From Escherichia coli (lineage in GTDB: Bacteria; Pseudomonadota; Gammaproteobacteria; Enterobacterales; Enterobacteriaceae): 64,000 bases of DNA. Positions 51,452-57,003 of this stretch are shown piece after piece (position 1 is the stretch's first letter; every line of letters starts with the position of its first letter). Location: the NCBI RefSeq assembly GCF_009931435.1, contig NZ_CP043414.1. One strand, given 5' to 3'. The notes beneath the pieces were generated by a model that saw only the letters and a program-made list of their open reading frames with translations, made no database searches and had not been told where the DNA came from. The translations under genes and the position numbers were made by a program.

Positions 51452-51871
51452 CTATGATGCGTTTTGTGCTTTCTTTTTACGGATTTCTTCGTAGATCATA
51501 TTGTAATACTGTTTTTTCTCTTCAAGAGTTTTTAATAAGTTATCCGCTTCACTTTCTGGCAGTTCGTCTAAGAGATCTAAAAAAATACGTTGTCGTGGCG
51601 TTAGAACCCTTGTTTCATAACTGGAGGCTGTGTTCGTTGATGATGAAACGATACCATCCATCCATCCCCGGGGTAACCCAAAGGACTCTTCGATAATCTC
51701 CACCATATCATCAGCGATCCGTTTTTTTCCCTTTTTCCCCTCTGGGTACAACATTCTTGATACATAAGAAGGCTCGCGCCCGATCTTTCTGGCCACGTTA
51801 ACCGCTTTACCATCGCATTTCTCATCACGAATTTTGATGAGTTGCTGTCGTCTAAATTCATATTTGTCCAT
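51452..51871 (-). CDS. prophage immunity repressor (functional analogue of CI/DicA; no S24 peptidase domain)
   Basis: 139-aa ORF divergent from a cro-like gene. HTH around GKAVNVARKIGREPSYVSRML. The C-terminal third (LTPRQRIFLDLLDELPESEADNLL...) resembles the DicA C-terminus. No SD sequence precedes the ATG. Confidence 0.7.
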   Translation of the reverse strand: MDKYEFRRQQLIKIRDEKCDGKAVNVARKIGREPSYVSRMLYPEGKKGKKRIADDMVEIIEESFGLPRGWMDGIVSSSTNTASSYETRVLTPRQRIFLDLLDELPESEADNLLKTLEEKKQYYNMIYEEIRKKKAQNAS

Positions 51872-51905
51872 AGGTAAATAATAGATGCGATTACTGCAAG
51901 GTAAA

Positions 51906-51946
51906 CAACCTGTGGGTATTGACTTTTGTTTACCTGTAGGTATTCT
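51906..51946 (+). promoter_or_regulatory. PR-like rightward promoter with two operator dyads (OR)
   Basis: TTGACT (51919-51924), 16-nt spacer, TATTCT (51941-51946). Dyads CAACCTGTGGGTAT (51906-51919) and TTACCTGTAGGTAT (51930-51943) fit the same ACC-N4-GGTAT pattern as OL. Confidence 0.5.
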
Positions 51947-51971
51947 TTGCTGTGTTTACTAAGGAGTAGCT

Positions 51972-52253
51972 ATGGAAGAATTAAGAATATTTCTCAATTC
52001 TCTTTCGTCAGATGAACAGCGTATGTTTGCATGCGAGTGTGGTACCAGCATCGGTTATCTAAGAAAGGCATTGAGTAAAGGTCAAGTGTTAGGGGCATCG
52101 TTATGTGTCCTTATTGAGCGAGCCAGTAATGGTGAAGTTACACGTCAGCAACTAAGGCCTTTTGATTGGATGAATATTTGGCCCGAGCTGGAAGATACCA
52201 AAACGTTAACACAACCACTTTCTAGGAGCTTGATTCATGAAAATCAAGCATGA
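51972..52253 (+). CDS. Cro/YdaS-like HTH protein
   Basis: 93-aa ORF with an AAGGAG SD sequence; first gene of the rightward operon. HTH around CGTSIGYLRKALSKGQ. Confidence 0.7.
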   Translation: MEELRIFLNSLSSDEQRMFACECGTSIGYLRKALSKGQVLGASLCVLIERASNGEVTRQQLRPFDWMNIWPELEDTKTLTQPLSRSLIHENQA

Positions 52254-52662
52254 ACACATCCGCATGGCGATGAATGCCTGGGCGCATCCGGACGGTGAAA
52301 AAGTTCCGGCAGCTGAAATAACCAGGGCTTATTTTGAACTGGGTATGACGTTCCCAGAACTGCATGACGACAGCCATCCGGAAGCCCTGGCTCGCAATAC
52401 CCAGAAAATTTTCCGCTGGGTAGAGAAAGACACCCCTGATGCAGTTGAAAAAATTCAGGCGTTGTTACCAGCGATCGAAAAGGCAATGCCACCTTTGCTG
52501 GTGGCCAGAATGCGCAGCCACAGTTCAGCTTATTTTCGGGAGCTGGTGGAGACGCGGGAGCGACTGGTGAGAGACGCTGATGATTTTGTCGCAGTGGCAA
52601 TCGCCGGTTTCAATCAGATGAACCGTGGTGGCCCGGCAGGAAATGCTGTGGCAGTGCATTGA
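52237..52662 (+). CDS. YdaT-like protein (CII-position regulator/toxin-annotated family)
   Basis: 141-aa ORF. The N-terminus MKIKHEHI, the KIQALLPAI motif and the ...VAVH C-terminus parallel Rac YdaT as I remember it. Overlaps the cro-like 3' end. Confidence 0.65.
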   Translation: MKIKHEHIRMAMNAWAHPDGEKVPAAEITRAYFELGMTFPELHDDSHPEALARNTQKIFRWVEKDTPDAVEKIQALLPAIEKAMPPLLVARMRSHSSAYFRELVETRERLVRDADDFVAVAIAGFNQMNRGGPAGNAVAVH

Positions 52663-52733
52663 GTGATAATAGCCATATCGAATCGCTTCCGGCAACTCGT
52701 GAGTAAAAAGATTCGGTATCAGAAGAGGTGAGT

Positions 52734-53804
52734 ATGGCTAACGCCTGGCTCAGATTATGGCATGACATGCCAAATGACCCTAAGTGGCGAACAATTGCCA
52801 GGGTGTCAGGGCAGCCAATTGCAACAGTGATGGCAGTGTATATCCACCTCCTGGTGAGCGCGTCACGAAATGTCACGCGAGGTCACATTGATGTCACGAC
52901 AGAAGATTTGGCAAGTGCGCTCGACGTGACAGAAGAGGTAATTGATTCAATTTTGCAGACGATGCAGGGGCGGGTACTTGATGGTGATTTAATCACTGGA
53001 TGGGAAAAACGCCAGGTGCTTAAAGAGGACAACGGCAATATTTCGCAAACCGCAAAATCTCCTGCAGAGCGCAAGAGGGCGCAGCGAGAGAGGGAAAGAA
53101 AGCGGGAACAAAATGGCGATTGTCACGGCGCATCACGAAATGTCACGCACATGTCACGACGAGTCACGACAGATAAAGATACAGATAAAGATACAGATCA
53201 AGAAGATCAAAACACTATGGTCCATGGCGTAAAAAACGCTACGAACCAGGCAGGGGATGTTCAGACCGTCAATCCTGGTCAGCCAGCAGGCACGACACCG
53301 GAAGCCGATTCAGCGTATGCGCTGAAACCCGATTCGGGCGCTGTGCAGCAGGTGATGACCCAAAGGCCGGAACAATCACACCAACTGCAGCAGCCTGAAG
53401 CCGATTCCGCCATTCAGCGGGAAGCCGATCGGGTAGTCCCGGAAAACACCGGGCTGTCTGTGGGACGAGTGGATTATCCGGATGTGTTCGAACAGGTCTG
53501 GCGGGAGTACCCGTTGCGTGCCGGAGCAAACCCGAAGAAATCCGCTTTCAGTGCCTGGAAGGCCAGATTACGCGAGGGGGTGCCACCAGAGGCCATGCTG
53601 GATGGCGTGAGGCGTTACGCAAGATACTTGGCGGCTACCGGGAAAACGGGAACGGAATTTGTTCAGCGAGCGACGACGTTTTTTGGACCGGACCGGAATT
53701 TTGAGAACCCCTGGTTGCTCCCGGTAAGCGGCACGAACAACCAGCGTTGTGTGAATCATATTTCTGAACCGGATAACGAAATTCCGCCGGGCTTCAGGGG
53801 GTAA
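52734..53804 (+). CDS. replication initiator (lambda O-like replisome organiser)
   Basis: 356 aa from ATG 52734, with a GAAGAGG SD sequence; the ORF track starts at GTG 52728. N-terminus MANAWLRLWHDMPNDPKWRTIA.... Contains iteron arrays within its own coding sequence and a conserved-looking C-terminal domain (VFEQVWREYPLRAGANPKKSAFSAWKARL). Confidence 0.65.
   Translation: MANAWLRLWHDMPNDPKWRTIARVSGQPIATVMAVYIHLLVSASRNVTRGHIDVTTEDLASALDVTEEVIDSILQTMQGRVLDGDLITGWEKRQVLKEDNGNISQTAKSPAERKRAQRERERKREQNGDCHGASRNVTHMSRRVTTDKDTDKDTDQEDQNTMVHGVKNATNQAGDVQTVNPGQPAGTTPEADSAYALKPDSGAVQQVMTQRPEQSHQLQQPEADSAIQREADRVVPENTGLSVGRVDYPDVFEQVWREYPLRAGANPKKSAFSAWKARLREGVPPEAMLDGVRRYARYLAATGKTGTEFVQRATTFFGPDRNFENPWLLPVSGTNNQRCVNHISEPDNEIPPGFRG
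52862..52900 (+). repeat. Iteron cluster A: four GTCAC(G) repeats at 10-11 bp phasing
   Basis: GTCAC at 52862, 52872, 52882 and 52893. The 16-mer TCACGAAATGTCACGC (52863-52878) recurs exactly at 53133-53148. Confidence 0.6.
53122..53214 (+). repeat. Iteron cluster B plus an A/T-rich tract: putative prophage replication origin inside the O-like gene
   Basis: (G/A)TCAC at 53122, 53132, 53142, 53153 and 53163. Immediately followed by AGATAAAGATAC x2 and an A-rich tract (53171-53214). This mirrors lambda ori architecture. Confidence 0.55.
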
Positions 53805-53844
53805 GTGTTAATTTCTGGTCATGAGGTAATTTTCAGGAGGGCTT

Positions 53845-54270
53845 GTGGCAAAAGTTTTTACACAAGAAGAGCGGGAAAAAATTAAAGGGCAGGTTGTTGA
53901 ACTCGTACGCCAGAGTGGGCGCGAGACGTTACGACAACTGGAAACTAAAACTGGGGCAACAAGATATCTGATGAGCGTTCTGGCCAGAGAGCTGGTTGCC
54001 AGTGGCGATGTATACAACTCTGGTTACGGGTTATTCCCGTCTGAACAGGAGCGTAAGGACTGGCAAAATGCCCGTAAAAAGCTCTCAAGGGCAAAGCTGA
54101 AGAAACCATCTGCGGTTGATCCGGACCTTATCTGGTCATTACCTGACGGAGAAATACGTCGCTACGATAGTTGTCTAAACATAATCTGTCGCGAGTGCCG
54201 GAAGAGCGAAGTTATGCAGCGCATTATGGCATTTTATCAGGGAAATGTTAGGTATTTTAGACGTTACTAG
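53845..54270 (+). CDS. 141-aa hypothetical protein in the helicase-loader (P) slot
   Basis: GTG start 6 nt after AGGAGG. Basic; I recognise no family. Confidence 0.55.
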   Translation: MAKVFTQEEREKIKGQVVELVRQSGRETLRQLETKTGATRYLMSVLARELVASGDVYNSGYGLFPSEQERKDWQNARKKLSRAKLKKPSAVDPDLIWSLPDGEIRRYDSCLNIICRECRKSEVMQRIMAFYQGNVRYFRRY

Positions 54271-54427
54271 ATTAAAGGGCATTAGTTCAGATATGCATTG
54301 ACATTTTCATGGCACAAGGTAGAGCTAGCGTGGTTGTTCGCTTTGTGCCAAGAGTGGTCATTGATAATATTTTGGTGGGTTACATCTGTCAATGTTTCAG
54401 GTGATATGATATACAAATAGCCAGACT

Positions 54428-54456
54428 TAGACTGGCATGCTGTTTATTTTTATATT
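54428..54456 (+). promoter_or_regulatory. Candidate sigma70 promoter for the 341-aa gene
   Basis: TAGACT-17-TATATT in an AT-rich 227-bp spacer, about 40 nt upstream of ATG 54498. Confidence 0.3.
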
Positions 54457-54497
54457 ATGGGTGTGCCACATGGATTTAAAACTTATTGAGATATGAC

Positions 54498-55523
54498 ATG
54501 GATACTTTTCATAATATTTTGCTTGAGCACATAGACAGCCTTTTAAAAGAGAGACTTGATTTATCTGGTGACGCTGATATCGAAAAAGAAATTAATAACC
54601 TAATTCCCAAAATAGTCATTGTCGTTAAAAAATCTCTTATTGGCTCGGCCAATGCAATGCTTAGAGAACATCGTTCTCTTTGTGATGAATTTGTTGAGAG
54701 AAATATTTCAAGATGGGCAGAGGCTTTTGATTTGCTCGAAACACTTATAGTGATATGCACGGAGTCCGGTGAAGAGTTCAATCGTTCTTATAGACCACAA
54801 GCTGCCTCTGAAGAGGATGTGGTTTTTGATTTAGTCGTTCGGCATCACGCAAGAGCTTGCCACATCGCCAACGAAATTTTGTGTCTCTTAAAGAATGGAT
54901 TTGCAGATGCTGCCCAAGCGAGATGGCGAGCACTTCATGAGGTAGCAGCCACAGCTATGTTTATAGCAAAGCATGGAAAAGAGTGTGCTGAGCGCTTTTA
55001 CTACCATGAAGTGGTTGATTCATATACTGGAATGTTGGAACACAAAAAGTACGAGCACCGGTTAGAAGCAAAAGGTCCAACTATTGAAGAAATAGCTGAG
55101 TGCAAAGTTCAATTTGATCTATTAATAAAAAAATACGGCAAAAAATATGCAGATAATTATGGGTGGGCATCTTATATTTTCCCTAACCATAATAAAGTGG
55201 GGTTTGGAGCTATTGAGAAAGATGTTCAGTTAGAACACATGCGCCCTTATTATAAGTGGGCGAGTCAGAATGTACACACCGGTTCCAAGGCAATGAGAAA
55301 TAGGCTTGGTCTCTGTGAAACTGGTGATGATATATTATTGGTCGGGCAAAGTGATTCAGGAATGGCTGATCCAGCCCATGCTACTGCTATTAGTTTGATG
55401 CAGATTACTGTGACACTTTTATTCTTAAAACCAACCATTGATCATGCCGTCATTTCAAAAATAATACAGGATTATTCTGATGAGATTGGAAATGTATTTC
55501 TTAAAATTGATAAGGGTAATTAA
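54498..55523 (+). CDS. 341-aa helical protein with a central Rx4H (HEPN-like) motif; possible DUF5677/AbiV-type protein; candidate defence/abortive-infection gene
   Basis: ORF in a visibly AT-rich segment. I prefer ATG 54498 over the track's TTG 54486. Motif ...HHARACHIANEILCLLKNGFADAAQARWRALHEVAATAMFI..., with R142-x4-H147 at nt 54921-54938. Second block: YYKWASQNVHTGSKAM. No TM segment or signal peptide. Confidence 0.6.
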   Translation: MDTFHNILLEHIDSLLKERLDLSGDADIEKEINNLIPKIVIVVKKSLIGSANAMLREHRSLCDEFVERNISRWAEAFDLLETLIVICTESGEEFNRSYRPQAASEEDVVFDLVVRHHARACHIANEILCLLKNGFADAAQARWRALHEVAATAMFIAKHGKECAERFYYHEVVDSYTGMLEHKKYEHRLEAKGPTIEEIAECKVQFDLLIKKYGKKYADNYGWASYIFPNHNKVGFGAIEKDVQLEHMRPYYKWASQNVHTGSKAMRNRLGLCETGDDILLVGQSDSGMADPAHATAISLMQITVTLLFLKPTIDHAVISKIIQDYSDEIGNVFLKIDKGN

Positions 55524-55808
55524 AAATTGGAAAAGTGATAGTATATTCTTGTTTTTTTACTGGTAATTAAATGTTTTTAAAGTTACTAGTTCACACCTAT
55601 CGAACGTCCGGTCTTCGCCCAAAGCGGACTAGAAGGTTAGCTTGCGTCGGATTTGGCGTATTTAAAGAATCGCTGGTGGTTACTGGTTGTTGTGTTCCAT
55701 TTCTACAGAACAAAATCACAGAAACTATACCCAATAGTTGTATCTCATCAATGATGAGAGAGCCTCATATTTATCAGGACTGGTGTACGTCCAATACAGG
55801 AGGTTGTC

Positions 55809-55898
55809 GTGCTGGTTCTCAAATGTGCGCTGGCTATTGCAGCTGTAATGGCAATTTATTGTCTTGCTGTTGTTCTTATGGATCGCCTTTCTGATTGA
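55809..55898 (+). CDS. 29-codon hydrophobic small ORF (possible small membrane toxin/peptide)
   Basis: AGGAGG (55798-55803), a 5-nt spacer, then GTG. Encodes MLVLKCALAIAAVMAIYCLAVVLMDRLSD. Overlaps the 3' part of the track's 107-aa Cys-rich frame in another phase. Confidence 0.4.
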   Translation: MLVLKCALAIAAVMAIYCLAVVLMDRLSD

Positions 55899-55905
55899 TT
55901 TTATA

Positions 55906-55934
55906 TTGGCCAGGTGACGGGAGTTAAGTAGAAT
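55906..55934 (+). promoter_or_regulatory. hok mRNA promoter
   Basis: TTGGCC-17-TAGAAT. The predicted 5' end (about 55939) begins the segment GCGGGTGCTTGAGG, which is complementary to 56315-56329 (fold-back pairing typical of hok mRNAs). Confidence 0.5.
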
Positions 55935-55999
55935 GGCTGCGGGTGCTTGAGGCTATCTGTCTCAGGCATGAACACCAAAGGCAGATAGAGAAAAGCCCC

Positions 56000-56061
56000 A
56001 GTTAACATTACGCGTCCTGCAAGACGCTTAACATTAATCTGAGGCTCAATCTATGAACGGC
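56000..56061 (-). ncRNA. Sok-like antisense RNA
   Basis: Minus-strand TTGCCT-17-TAACCT (56096-56068) inside the mok 5' region. The transcript would cover the mok start and end at hairpin GCGTC-ttgcag-GACGC (56012-56027). Coordinates are approximate. Confidence 0.35.
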
Positions 56062-56265
56062 AAATCTAGGTTAGCCTCTTACGTGCCGAAAGGCAAGGAG
56101 AAGCAGGCTATGAAGCAGCAAAAGGCGATGTTAATCGCCCTGATCGTCATCTGTTTAACCGTCATAGTGACGGCACTGGTAACGAGGAAAGACCTCTGCG
56201 AGGTACGAATCCGAACCGGCCAGACGGAGGTCGCTGTCTTCACAGTCTACGAACCTGAGGAGTAA
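56053..56265 (+). CDS. mokD: Mok regulatory reading frame (in frame with hok)
   Basis: 70-aa ORF MNGKSRLASYVPKGKEKQA+Hok, the same arrangement as annotated mok/hok pairs. Confidence 0.6.
   Translation: MNGKSRLASYVPKGKEKQAMKQQKAMLIALIVICLTVIVTALVTRKDLCEVRIRTGQTEVAVFTVYEPEE
56110..56265 (+). CDS. hokD: Hok-family type I membrane toxin
   Basis: MKQQKAMLIALIVICLTVIVTALVTRKDLCEVRIRTGQTEVAVFTVYEPEE (51 aa). Near-identical to remembered HokD/RelF. Confidence 0.92.
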   Translation: MKQQKAMLIALIVICLTVIVTALVTRKDLCEVRIRTGQTEVAVFTVYEPEE

Positions 56266-56333
56266 GAGACTTGGCGAGGGAGAAATCCCTCGCCACCTCT
56301 GATGTGTCAGGCATCCTCAATGCACCCGCACTT

Positions 56334-56358
56334 AACCCGCTTCGGCGGGTTTATTTTA
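56334..56358 (+). terminator. hok mRNA terminator
   Basis: AACCCGC-ttcg-GCGGGTT followed by a T-rich run. Preceded by the 9-bp hairpin GGCGAGGGA-gaaa-TCCCTCGCC (56273-56294). Confidence 0.75.
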
Positions 56359-56723
56359 TCTGTAAATATTTTTATAAAAATAATGCCCACACACAGCATA
56401 AAACAAAAAGTATCACAGATAAAAAAGGAGCGTAATGTGCAGATTTGTTGTTTTCCATATTTACTCACTTTAACATAATCAATATTGATATGGTTGTTGT
56501 TTCGGTGGTTTCAAACGAGATGTTATGGTGATCTGGTAAAATTGCATAACATTAAAATTTAATTTATCTAATCGCTTTTAATAATAAGCGTTGTGTTTAT
56601 CCCAATAATCTGTTGTTTGACTTTTATTCCATTAATGTAGGGGCTTTACACTGGAACCAGTTTATTTATACTTTATACGCCAGCCTGAACAACTGGCACC
56701 TGCTGCGCCAGCAGAGACAACCG

Positions 56724-57002
56724 ATGGCGCACGATACCAAATTACACAATTCTGATGATTCTGCCGTCTTTGCCAGCAGGTGCGGACGGCGTTTTCATGC
56801 ATTCAAATCGGACTGGTTCCAGCATCCACCATGCACTGAAGAGCAGGCTGAATGGATAATTCAGTGTTACCGCAGGCGCGGATACGAGGTTAAAAAAGCC
56901 CTTAGCCTCGACTACCGTCACTGGATAATCTCAGTCAGATTGCCTTACTCCGAACGCCCACCGCGTCCGTCCCACACATTCCAGCAACGCATCTGGAGGT
57001 AA
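56724..57002 (+). CDS. Rem-like small prophage protein
   Basis: 92 aa from the internal ATG (MAHDTKLHNSDDSAVFASRCGRRFHAF...). Occupies the rem position between hokD and ydfU. The ORF-track TTG start is 37 codons upstream. Confidence 0.55.
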   Translation: MAHDTKLHNSDDSAVFASRCGRRFHAFKSDWFQHPPCTEEQAEWIIQCYRRRGYEVKKALSLDYRHWIISVRLPYSERPPRPSHTFQQRIWR

Positions 57003-57003
57003 C

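Noticed and set aside
54262-55595. A shared 8-mer GTTACTAG lies near both ends of the AT-rich 341-aa gene segment (54265-54272 and 55583-55590). These could be insertion-site direct repeats.
   Set aside because: An 8-bp match in AT-rich DNA is within chance expectation given how many positions I inspected. No flanking inverted repeats or transposase are present.
55571-55894. 107-aa ORF from the track, with a strikingly Cys-rich C-terminus (…CTSNTGGCRAGSQMCAGYCSCNGNLLSCCCSYGSPF). It could be read as a RiPP or bacteriocin-like precursor.
   Set aside because: There is no SD sequence at either the 55571 ATG or the internal ATGATG (55751). The N-terminal two thirds look like translated non-coding DNA. 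The Cys-rich run is what TGC/TGT-rich DNA yields in the wrong phase of the GCT/GTT/CTT-rich hydrophobic frame, and that frame does have a consensus AGGAGG SD sequence. It is kept only as the alternative hypothesis to the 29-aa ORF.
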